Assembly: GCA_947168005.1 (NCBI GenBank)
Contig: CAMVKI010000001.1
Location: 1 to 57,196 of the forward strand
Direction: 5' to 3'
Source: an uncultured Clostridia bacterium
GTDB taxonomy: Bacteria; Bacillota; Clostridia; Oscillospirales; Oscillospiraceae
DNA length: 57,196 bases
The notes under the pieces: generated by a model
What the model was told of the DNA's origin: nothing
The model's database searches: none
The model's input: the letters and a program-made list of their open reading frames with translations, nothing else
Translations under genes and position numbers: made by a program
Part shown: positions 14,858 to 23,114 of the stretch, piece by piece
Position numbering within the stretch: the stretch's first letter is position 1
How the letters are laid out: each line of letters opens with the position of its first letter

Positions 14858-16147
14858 ATGCGAGTGTGGCTGTACGCGAGACTGTCCAATGACGATGACA
14901 TGGAGCGAAACTCTTTGGAGAATCAGCTTCAGATCACAAAAGACTTTGCGTTTGCTCACGGCCACGCCGTTGTCGGATCCTCCTTTGACGACAACCGCAG
15001 CGGGATGCGTTTCGACCGGGAAGGGCTTGATGCCCTGTCCCATGCTGCCGAGGCGGGAGAGCTTGACGGCGTGATCGTCAAGGACCTCTCCCGCCTCGGA
15101 CGTCATCGGGTCCAGACAGCGCTCTTCCTCGAGTACCTGCTCCAATGCGGTGTCCGGGTCCTCTCCGTTACAGAGGGCCTGGACACCGCCAACGATGAGG
15201 ACGATCTTATCATCGGAGCCCGCGCCCTCATGAACGACTACTACACAAAAGACATTGGCCGCAAAATCCGGACAGGCTATCGGCAGAAGCAGCAGGAAGG
15301 GATCGTGATCCGCCCGCCCTTTGGGTACGAGAAGGATCGGAACATCAAAAAGATTGTGTTGCACCCGGAGGCATCCGAAACGGTAAGAATGGTGTACCGG
15401 TGGTTTCTTTCCGGGCTCGGGCAAAAGGAAATCGCCAGACGGTTGAACGAGCTGGGACGGGAGACCCCGGCACAAGTTCAGGACGAGCGCTGCGGAAAAG
15501 CCGAGAGCCGGAATTATATTTGGAGCTATCCCAGTGTAAAGAATATCCTGCGGGAGGAAGCCTACACCGGCGTTCTGGTCAATCACAAGTCCTCCGAACA
15601 TCACGGGAAGAAGCTGCCCGTCCGAAAGGAAGAGCAGCTTCGACATGAAAACTATTATCCAGTCCTGATTGAACGCAGCGAATGGGAACAAGTGCAGCGG
15701 CGGCTTGAGGAGCAGACCGCCGACTTTTATGCCTCTCGCCCGTCCATGACCAACCGCGCCGTCCATCGCTACGCGGGGCTGTTGGAATGCGCCGACTGCG
15801 GCGCTCCCTTCGTCCCGATCATCCGCCGCTGGAACGGAACGGAGCGGATCGAATATGTCTGCAAGACCTATGGCCGTTTGGGAAAAGCCGTTTGCCCCTC
15901 CCACCGGATCCGCGAGGAAGCAATCGACGAAAAGCTCCGATCCTTCATCGCTGCGCTGCGCGACGCCATGCGATCCGAGCAGCTGAACGTTCACAGGCTT
16001 CAAAAGCTCAATACTTTCAAAGCCCCGGCACTCCGGGCCAGAAAGGAGGAACTGCAGCAGGCGCTTCTTCGCCTGGATCGTGAAGTAGACAGGCTTATCA
16101 TGGAAAAGATTTCCGAACGAAAAGATAGAAACTCCGATATTCTCTGA
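14858..16147 (+). CDS. large serine recombinase (second, shorter paralogue)
   Basis: YARLSNDDD catalytic Ser motif, KDLSRLGRH, zinc ribbon CADCGAPF...YVCKTYGRLGKAVCPSH. 429 aa and lacks the long C-terminal extension of the first copy. Separated from it by a 4-nt gap. Confidence 0.9.
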   Translation: MRVWLYARLSNDDDMERNSLENQLQITKDFAFAHGHAVVGSSFDDNRSGMRFDREGLDALSHAAEAGELDGVIVKDLSRLGRHRVQTALFLEYLLQCGVRVLSVTEGLDTANDEDDLIIGARALMNDYYTKDIGRKIRTGYRQKQQEGIVIRPPFGYEKDRNIKKIVLHPEASETVRMVYRWFLSGLGQKEIARRLNELGRETPAQVQDERCGKAESRNYIWSYPSVKNILREEAYTGVLVNHKSSEHHGKKLPVRKEEQLRHENYYPVLIERSEWEQVQRRLEEQTADFYASRPSMTNRAVHRYAGLLECADCGAPFVPIIRRWNGTERIEYVCKTYGRLGKAVCPSHRIREEAIDEKLRSFIAALRDAMRSEQLNVHRLQKLNTFKAPALRARKEELQQALLRLDREVDRLIMEKISERKDRNSDIL

Positions 16148-16300
16148 TGTGATAGATTATGAAGCGAACAGAACCGAGTAAAGTGGAATCACTGAGTATG
16201 CACCGGAGCGGAGAGAGTAACATGAAATAATAATCGCAAGAAAAGCGCATTTGTGTTTCGATAAACTATATGCTTGCAGAATGGCTTTGGAGTGGAAGCG

Positions 16301-17593
16301 CTACAGCCGTTCCTCCTCCAGCTTATGCAGCTTGGATCGCAGAATAACGCCTTGGAGGAGAAGGGCGGCGAGGAGGCAGCCGCAGACGGTGAGCAGGAGC
16401 CAGAGGGGGACGGTCCTGCCCTTATCCTCCTGCTCTGTCGTGGGGACTGGGATCGGAGCAGGCTCTTCCACTGTGACGTGCAGGGGCTCGGAAAAGAAGG
16501 CTTCATTGCGGGAGGCGTCTTCATAGACCACGGTCAGCGTACCCTCTGCCTGGCCAAGCGGCGCTGCGGTTGTGGAGAAGGCCAGCTTCCCGGTGACGCT
16601 CTCGCCGCCGGGCAGATTGCCCACCAGCATAGTCTGGCCGCGCACGAAGTCGCCCAGGTCCAGGGTCATGCGCAGATTTTTGACCTCGTTCGCGCCAAGA
16701 TTCATCAGCTCCACGCTGATCAAGGCGCTCTCGCCCTGGATCACGGTATCTGCCAGCGTCACGGGGCCGTGCTCCAGCCGGAGCGTCTGTACGACCGGAA
16801 CCGTCAGAAGGGCCTCGGCGCTGCCCTCCCCCCGCAGGGAGCGGTAGGAGAGGCAGACCTGGAGCTGGTGCGCTCCCGGCTGGGCCTCCGCCGAGACTGT
16901 GATCGGCAGGGTGACGGTCTGTTCCCGGCCCGGCAGGAGCTTTTCCAGGCGGAGGCTGTCCGTCTCGGTCGGAAGCAGTTCCCCGGCAGTCTCTGAATAA
17001 GACAGGGCAAGATCCGTAATCTCTGCCGTCTCAGATGCGTTCCGCACCCGGATCGTACAGCTTCCGGGCTCACCCTGGGTCAGCGCGGCGTCCAAAAGAC
17101 GGAGCTCCGCCGTCACGGGTGTGGGGTCGTCCAGCCCGCCCCGGATGCGGACCACCAGGGACAACTCCGTTTGGAGGGGGGTTCCCTCCGCGTCCTGTCC
17201 CTCCAGGTGCAGCTTGGCCGGATAGTCTCCGTTGATCCGGTCGTCGTAGAGCCGATAGCAGAGGCGCAGAGGCCAGAGACCGTCCGAGTTCGGACGCAGC
17301 TTCACTTGCATATTCTGGGGGAGGAAGGGGGAAAGACCCTCCCGTTCCGGCTCCAGCCAGGCCGTGAGCTCCCCCACGGCCTGGTCGCTTGCGATGGGGA
17401 AATATCCGATCCATTTTCCGTTGACCTCCTCCGGCGCGTATCCCCGCGCCCAGGAGCGGTTGCCCATGCCGTAGAGGATCGCGTCCTCGTCCAGGCGGAA
17501 GGCCTCCGTTGCTGCCAGGGCTGATCCGAACACCGGGACCATGCAAAGCATCAGGCTAAATATAAGAAGCAAAGCAAGCAGACGGCGCATCAT
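16301..17593 (-). CDS. secreted, membrane-anchored surface protein with repeated Ig-like (CARDB/DUF11-type) domains
   Basis: Signal peptide MMRRLLALLLIFSLMLCMVPVFGSALA and a C-terminal TM helix (PLWLLLTVCGCLLAALLLQGVIL). Beta-rich repeats in between. A 4-nt ATGA-type overlap joins it to the upstream permease gene. Confidence 0.6.
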   Translation of the reverse strand: MMRRLLALLLIFSLMLCMVPVFGSALAATEAFRLDEDAILYGMGNRSWARGYAPEEVNGKWIGYFPIASDQAVGELTAWLEPEREGLSPFLPQNMQVKLRPNSDGLWPLRLCYRLYDDRINGDYPAKLHLEGQDAEGTPLQTELSLVVRIRGGLDDPTPVTAELRLLDAALTQGEPGSCTIRVRNASETAEITDLALSYSETAGELLPTETDSLRLEKLLPGREQTVTLPITVSAEAQPGAHQLQVCLSYRSLRGEGSAEALLTVPVVQTLRLEHGPVTLADTVIQGESALISVELMNLGANEVKNLRMTLDLGDFVRGQTMLVGNLPGGESVTGKLAFSTTAAPLGQAEGTLTVVYEDASRNEAFFSEPLHVTVEEPAPIPVPTTEQEDKGRTVPLWLLLTVCGCLLAALLLQGVILRSKLHKLEEERL

Positions 17594-20274
17594 CCCACCT
17601 CCCGGATATTCTCGATCACGCTCCGCCGCAGCAGGCGGCGGCTCCGGCGGGCGATGGACGCCCAGCAGAGCAGAGCCGTCAGCAGGGCGACCAAAAGCTG
17701 GGCCAGGAACGCAAGGGGGAGCGTTTCCCGCACGGTATTCTCCACGATTCGCATACTCACCAGCAGACAGACCACCGCGGCCAGGAGCCAGCCGACGCCC
17801 ACCTGGACGGCGCTCTGCAGGCCGTATCCGGCGCGCAGGACGCTGCCGCTCATGCCCACAGCCCGGAGGGTGCCGATGGTCCGCCGCTCAGCCTCCATCT
17901 GCCGGATGCCGGTCCCGGCGACGACCCGGACCGAGAACCAGATCAGGAGCCCGACCACCGCCGCAATGGCGATGAGTCCGGCCTGCCCCTTCTGGCGGTT
18001 TTCCGCCCGAGCCTCGATCCGGTTATAGACGTGCAGCGTCCCGACCCGGGCCGCGATCCGCTCCAGCCGGCCGAAGTCATAGGCGCAGGTCGCCTCGTCT
18101 GTGCCGGGCTCCAGGAACACGTTGAGATCGGAGAGCTTTCCCAGTCGGAGCCCCATGGCCCGGAAGCCCGCCGGGGTCGTAATGAGCTGCGGCTCCTGAA
18201 TGCCGTAGATCCGTTCGACGTCCACAAACTGAGAGCTGATCAGCCCCCCCACCTTCACCGTGGCCTGACAGCGCTCCGCCTGCCGATACAGGGCCAGATA
18301 CTCCGCCTTGGAGCGCGAGACCGGCGCACCGTCCTCCGCTTCGGCGCAGAGCTGACAGAGGGAGAGCGATTGCCCGGGCAGGAAGGAATCGTTGGAGATA
18401 TGGAGCCAGCCTTCGTCAGCAGGCTGCGGCATCATAGAGATCGCATTGCCGTACTCGTTTTTCCCCAAGTAGTAGTCGGGCAGGCAGAGCAGGACCTCCT
18501 GTCCGGCGTCCAGGGCCGCCCGGTCGATGGCCCCGTCGGTCAGATTGGGGGCATAGCGCTCCGGCTCGTCGGTCAGCAGAACGGGCAGGGTAAAGGGCGG
18601 CGTCTCCAGCTCCAGCAGTTCCATGGCCGCCCGGACCCCCGGCGCATCTGCGCCGCTTTGGTTGGAGGTGTAGAAGATCCAGTTTTTCGCGCACTGTCCC
18701 AGGTAGTCGCCCTCCGGCTGCTCCGTCAGCAGGACGGCGGTCCGATACAGTGTTTGCAGGGCGGTCACGCCGGGTAGGGCACGGATCTGGGCCAGATCCG
18801 CGTCCGAGAGGGAGATCAGAGGGAGCGCCGTGCGCAGATCATCCGGCAAGACGAAGCCGGTCTCGTTATCCCCGTTCGTTGCAGAGAAATCCGGCTCATT
18901 CTCCCGGGGCAGGATGGCGCGGATCGCCTCCCCGCCCAGGAGCACGCCCGCAAAGGACATCAGGCAGAGCAGTCCCGTGAGCAGGCAGATCCCGAGCTGG
19001 CGAACAGGATGCAGGCGCAGTCTGCGCAGGGCCATCAACCGCGCAGGGCGGAAAACGGCTTTTGGCCGGAAGCGCCTTGCCTTGCGAAGGGTCTCCGTGT
19101 CCCGGATGAGGCTCATGGGCCGGGTGCGGGAGGCCCGGAGCAGGGGCAGGAAGGATGCCAGCAGGATGAAGAGGAAGCTCAGAGCCAGCATCGGGATCAG
19201 GGCGAGAGGAGGCAGCCAGAAGCGCAGACTGTCCGGTACCAGCGTACAGAGCCCGCGCACAGCCAGCACCGCCGCACCGACGCCCAGGGGCGAGAGCAGC
19301 AGGGCCAGCAGCAGGCTCTCTCGCCCGAAGATGCGGCGGATCTGCCGCCGGGTGGCGCCCACGGCTCGCAGCATGGCGATCTCCTCCCGCTTGCGGCTGA
19401 GCTGGCTGCCCAGGGCAGCGGTGACGCCCAGCATGGAAAAGAGCAGCAGGCTCCCGCCCAGCAGCAGGATCAGGATTCCAAAGCCTTCATAGTTGGCCAG
19501 GTATTCCAGGATCCCCATATCCTCCATGTGCTCGGCAGGTCCGAAATAGAACCAGCCCCAGAGGCTGATCCGGAAGACCGGAAGGCCCCCTGCGGCGGCG
19601 GTCACCTCGTTCAGCCCCACGCCGTTTGCAAAGCGCAGGAGCAGGATGCGGACGGTGCGGCCTGTGGCAAAGGGCGGCTCCGACGCGCTCACAAAGAGCT
19701 GGGGCAGGCCGACGTTCTCCCGCTTGGAGAGGCTGGCGCGGAGCGACTCGTCGCTGAGCTCGCCCTGGCTCAGCACCACGCCCACCAGGGTATAGGTCCG
19801 GGTCTCCTTCGCCCCGTCGATGGGCTGGATCTCCAGGCTCACGCTGTCGCCCGGCTCAGCCTCGGGAAAGAGCTTGTCCAAAAGCTCCATCTCCACGGCA
19901 AGCTCTCCCGGGGCCTCCGGCATCCGGCCGGACCAGAGCTGCCGGTTGGACAGGGAGGCTCCGCCCGCGTCGTAATACCCCACGGCGCAGTCGCCGCTGC
20001 GGCCCAGATAGTACAGCGTTCCGGTTTCGGCAGCGAGGCCCTGCCGCAGCAGCTCTTCCCCAGTCTCCGGCCCGGCGTCGTAGACGAAGGCGTCCTGCCT
20101 GCCGTATTTCCGGTCCAGTTCGGCCTTGCGGCCGGCATAGACGGCCAGCAGGGTCAGTACCACCGTGCAGGTCAGAAAGATCGCCGACAAAATGCCCGCG
20201 CTGAGACCCAAGTATTCCCGCAGATTGGCCCGGATGCCCGCTCCGGCCACCCGGTTCACGGTCAGTTGTTTCAT
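17590..20274 (-). CDS. ABC transporter permease, FtsX/MacB-BceB type (double FtsX)
   Basis: 894 aa. N-terminal TM helix after MKQLTVNRVAGAGIRAN, then several TM clusters separated by large extracytoplasmic domains. Overlaps the ATPase gene stop by 4 nt. Confidence 0.8.
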   Translation of the reverse strand: MKQLTVNRVAGAGIRANLREYLGLSAGILSAIFLTCTVVLTLLAVYAGRKAELDRKYGRQDAFVYDAGPETGEELLRQGLAAETGTLYYLGRSGDCAVGYYDAGGASLSNRQLWSGRMPEAPGELAVEMELLDKLFPEAEPGDSVSLEIQPIDGAKETRTYTLVGVVLSQGELSDESLRASLSKRENVGLPQLFVSASEPPFATGRTVRILLLRFANGVGLNEVTAAAGGLPVFRISLWGWFYFGPAEHMEDMGILEYLANYEGFGILILLLGGSLLLFSMLGVTAALGSQLSRKREEIAMLRAVGATRRQIRRIFGRESLLLALLLSPLGVGAAVLAVRGLCTLVPDSLRFWLPPLALIPMLALSFLFILLASFLPLLRASRTRPMSLIRDTETLRKARRFRPKAVFRPARLMALRRLRLHPVRQLGICLLTGLLCLMSFAGVLLGGEAIRAILPRENEPDFSATNGDNETGFVLPDDLRTALPLISLSDADLAQIRALPGVTALQTLYRTAVLLTEQPEGDYLGQCAKNWIFYTSNQSGADAPGVRAAMELLELETPPFTLPVLLTDEPERYAPNLTDGAIDRAALDAGQEVLLCLPDYYLGKNEYGNAISMMPQPADEGWLHISNDSFLPGQSLSLCQLCAEAEDGAPVSRSKAEYLALYRQAERCQATVKVGGLISSQFVDVERIYGIQEPQLITTPAGFRAMGLRLGKLSDLNVFLEPGTDEATCAYDFGRLERIAARVGTLHVYNRIEARAENRQKGQAGLIAIAAVVGLLIWFSVRVVAGTGIRQMEAERRTIGTLRAVGMSGSVLRAGYGLQSAVQVGVGWLLAAVVCLLVSMRIVENTVRETLPLAFLAQLLVALLTALLCWASIARRSRRLLRRSVIENIREVG

Positions 20275-20957
20275 CGCAGGCTCCCTCCGCTGTCGTGCTC
20301 GATACGGCCGTCCACGATGTGGACGATGCGCTCGGCCTGCTCTGCGACGCCCAGGTCGTGGGTGACCAGCAGCAGGGTGACGCCCAGCTCCCGGTTGATC
20401 TGCCGCAGCAGGGCCATGACCTCCCTGCCGGTCTGCCCGTCCAGATTCCCCGTGGGCTCATCCGCGAACATGATGGCGGGCTTGTTCGCCAGGGCCCGGG
20501 CGATGCAGACCCGCTGCTGCTGGCCGCCGGACATGGCGGCGGGCAGATGGGAGAGGCGGTCATCCAGCTTCAACATTTCGATCAATCGGCGCAGATAAGC
20601 CTCGTCCGGCTTGCGCTTGTCCAGCATGACCGGAAGCAGAATGTTCTCCTGGGCCGTCAGCTCCTTGACCAAATGATAGCTCTGGAACACGAAGCCAAAG
20701 CGCCTGCGGCGCAGGACGGAGAGCTGGTTGTCGGAGTAGTCCGCAAGGGCCTTGTCCTGATAGACCACCTTGCCCGCTGTTGGCTGATCCAGCCCGCCGA
20801 AGAGCTGCAGGAGCGTGGATTTGCCGGAGCCGCTGGGCCCGGTGATGGCGGTAAAGGAGCCCTGGGGAATGGACAGGGTGACCCCGTCCAGGGCCTTAAC
20901 CTGCTCTTCACCGCTGCCGTAGTATTTGCACAAATTTTCGCTGCGAATGATCTCCAT
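20271..20957 (-). CDS. ABC transporter ATP-binding protein (MacB/LolD/BceA type)
   Basis: Walker A GPSGSGKST, signature LSGGQQQRV, Walker B IMFADEPT, H-loop VTHD. Confidence 0.9.
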   Translation of the reverse strand: MEIIRSENLCKYYGSGEEQVKALDGVTLSIPQGSFTAITGPSGSGKSTLLQLFGGLDQPTAGKVVYQDKALADYSDNQLSVLRRRRFGFVFQSYHLVKELTAQENILLPVMLDKRKPDEAYLRRLIEMLKLDDRLSHLPAAMSGGQQQRVCIARALANKPAIMFADEPTGNLDGQTGREVMALLRQINRELGVTLLLVTHDLGVAEQAERIVHIVDGRIEHDSGGSLR

Positions 20958-21020
20958 ACGAGATCCCTCCTTTCTGCCTCTATTCTCTCACAGGAAACTT
21001 ACTTCCGCGTGACGCCCGGC

Positions 21021-21896
21021 TTACGTTTTCGCAAGATTCTGCTCCAGCCGGGGAAAATAGAGGGTGAAGCGCAGGCCCTCGTCACTGTTTTCCGGGATGA
21101 TAGTCCCGTGGTGACGGCTCACGATCTCCCGGACGATGTTCAGTCCGATGCCGGAGCCCGTCTGGGCTTGGCCCTTTGCCTGGTAGAAGCGCTCAAAGAG
21201 ACGCGGAAGCTCCTCCGGGGCCACGCCGCCCCCATCGTCCGAAAACGTGAGCCTCACTTCCCGCTCCGTCTGTGTGATGGCGACGGATATACTGCCGCTG
21301 GGCTCCGTATGCTCGCAGGCATTTTTCAGCAGATTGGAGAAGGCCTCGCCCAGCCAGCCCGGGTCACAGCGGAATACTGCATCCCCCGTCAGGGAAAAAC
21401 GCTTCTCTGGGAAGCGGACCCGAAGCCCGTCCCAGGCCTCCTGCACCAGCGGCGCCAGCTGCCGCGCCTCCAAGCGGAAGGCGTAGCCGTCATTGCTCAT
21501 GCGCTCCAGCCGGAGCAGGGCATAGATCAGCGCCTCCATCCGATCCGCCTGCGCCAGAGCTTCTTCCTTGTGCGCACCGTCGTCCAGTTCCAAAAACAAC
21601 CGCAGAGCGGCAAGCGGCGTTTTGAGCTGATGGGAGATGTCCGTCAAAAGCTCTGTGCTTCGACGGGCCTCCCGGGCGGTTTCGTCACGGGAGAACTCCA
21701 GCGCGCCTTCGATGGCCTCAAAGTCGTTTTGCAAAGCTGCAAGACAGCCGTCCCGCAGCGAAAGGGGCGTCCGCGTCCCACCGGAGAGAAAGCGTCCGGT
21801 CTGGGTCCGGAGCCTGCCAAGCTCGATCCGCTGGCGGAAGAAGAGCAGGGCGAAGATCGCTGCCAGCACGGCAAAGAGAATCGTCAGTCCTTCCAT
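21021..21896 (-). CDS. sensor histidine kinase (intramembrane-sensing type)
   Basis: One N-terminal TM helix, H-box SHQLKTPLAAL, N-box LLKNACEHT, G-boxes DDGGGV and GSGIGLNIV. 291 aa with no extracellular domain. Confidence 0.85.
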   Translation of the reverse strand: MEGLTILFAVLAAIFALLFFRQRIELGRLRTQTGRFLSGGTRTPLSLRDGCLAALQNDFEAIEGALEFSRDETAREARRSTELLTDISHQLKTPLAALRLFLELDDGAHKEEALAQADRMEALIYALLRLERMSNDGYAFRLEARQLAPLVQEAWDGLRVRFPEKRFSLTGDAVFRCDPGWLGEAFSNLLKNACEHTEPSGSISVAITQTEREVRLTFSDDGGGVAPEELPRLFERFYQAKGQAQTGSGIGLNIVREIVSRHHGTIIPENSDEGLRFTLYFPRLEQNLAKT

Positions 21897-22534
21897 CGAT
21901 ATCCCAACCCCCGTACAGTCTGAATATGCTCCGCGCCAATTTTTTCCCGAAGCCTGCTGACGTGGACAGAAAGGGTGTTGTCATCCACAAAGCGTCCGTC
22001 GCAGTCCCAAAGCACGTCCAGCAGCATCGCCCGCGGCGCGATGCCGCGACACCGAACAATCACCGATAGCAGTCGGAACTCCATGGGCGTCAGGTTCAGA
22101 GGCACGCCGTTCCATACGGCGCTCATGCGTTCCGGGTCCAGGCGCAGGGCCCCGAGGCTCAGGCTGCCCGTTGGCTGCCGACGCAGCAGAACCCGGATGC
22201 GGCTCAAAAGCTCCTGAACCCGGAAGGGTTTGGCTACGTAGTCGTTTCCGCCCGCGTCCAGGCCCCGCACCACATCGTATTCCTCGTCCCGCGCCGTCAG
22301 AAACAGAATCGGCGCGGCAAAGCCCTCCTGCCGCAGCGCGGCGCAAAAGGAAACCCCATCCCCGTCGGGCAGAACAACGTCCAGAATGACCAGCGAGAAG
22401 GCTCCGACCGACAGGGCCTCCCGGGCAGCGCCCAGACTGTCCGCCGCCTGCACGGCGTAGCCGTTTTTCTCCAGGAGTTCCCGCAGTCCCATGCTGAGAT
22501 AGCGGTCGTCCTCTATGAGTAATATTTGATCCAT
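21884..22534 (-). CDS. OmpR/PhoB-family response regulator
   Basis: Receiver domain (ILLIEDD, LVILDVVLPDGDG, KPF) plus a winged-helix output (LTPMEFRLL...VRGLGYRW). Overlaps the kinase start. Confidence 0.9.
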   Translation of the reverse strand: MDQILLIEDDRYLSMGLRELLEKNGYAVQAADSLGAAREALSVGAFSLVILDVVLPDGDGVSFCAALRQEGFAAPILFLTARDEEYDVVRGLDAGGNDYVAKPFRVQELLSRIRVLLRRQPTGSLSLGALRLDPERMSAVWNGVPLNLTPMEFRLLSVIVRCRGIAPRAMLLDVLWDCDGRFVDDNTLSVHVSRLREKIGAEHIQTVRGLGYRWKD

Positions 22535-22700
22535 TGTATCATTACCTCCGTGTATCTCCGATTATATCACATTCTTGCGGGATTTACATTGCGTTTTTGT
22601 AAGGATATGCCAAGCTCCAAGCATTCACTGCCGATGATAGCCTCCGCCGCCGCACATAAATGAATAAATGAAAAGGCATTAAATTATTATTGATTTGTCA

Positions 22701-22747
22701 TTGACAATCCCAGACTATTGTGATAGTATAGACTATAGAAATAGTCT
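22701..22747 (+). promoter_or_regulatory. promoter with two adjacent 18-bp palindromic operators upstream of the BlaI-family gene
   Basis: TTGACA (22701-22706), 17 nt, then TAGTAT (22724-22729). AGACTAT-tgtg-ATAGTAT (22712-22729) is immediately followed by AGACTAT-agaa-ATAGTCT (22730-22747). The ATG is at 22760. Confidence 0.5.
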
Positions 22748-22759
22748 GCGGAGGGTGCC

Positions 22760-23110
22760 ATGAAAGTATTTGACAGTGAAATCAAATTGATGGAGATTAT
22801 CTGGCGGGACGAACCTGTCAGCGCGAAGGCCGTCAGCCTGGCTGCCGAGAAGGAGATCGGCTGGAATAAAAACACCACCTACACCGTGCTTAAGAAGCTG
22901 ATCGACAAGGGTTACGTGCGCCGCGACGAACCGGGCTTTGTCTGTTCCTCCCTCATAACGAGAGGCGAGATCCAGAAAAGCGAGGCGAGAGGGCTGCTCG
23001 ACCGCTTCTTTTCCGGCTCCAGAAAAGCGCTCTTTTCCGCGCTGCTGGAGGATGAAGACCTGTCGGAGGACGAGCTTGCCGAGCTGCGGGATCTGATCGA
23101 ACGCAGGTGA
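22760..23110 (+). CDS. BlaI/MecI/CopY family transcriptional repressor
   Basis: 116 aa. N-terminal winged helix (EIKLMEIIWRDEPVSAKAV...NTTYTVLKKLIDKGYV) and a C-terminal dimerisation helix. Confidence 0.85.
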   Translation: MKVFDSEIKLMEIIWRDEPVSAKAVSLAAEKEIGWNKNTTYTVLKKLIDKGYVRRDEPGFVCSSLITRGEIQKSEARGLLDRFFSGSRKALFSALLEDEDLSEDELAELRDLIERR

Positions 23111-23114
23111 GCCT

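Noticed and set aside
13249-16003. Long minus-strand ORFs (13249..14901, 550 aa; 14768..16003, 411 aa) opposite the recombinase genes
   Set aside because: The plus-strand translations carry complete serine-recombinase motifs. The antisense products are featureless and overlap each other.
19009-21923. Plus-strand ORFs 19009..20598 (529 aa) and 20295..21923 (542 aa)
   Set aside because: They are antisense to the ABC permease, ATPase and kinase genes, which have canonical Walker and H-box motifs. The products are Q/G/A/R-rich shadow ORFs.
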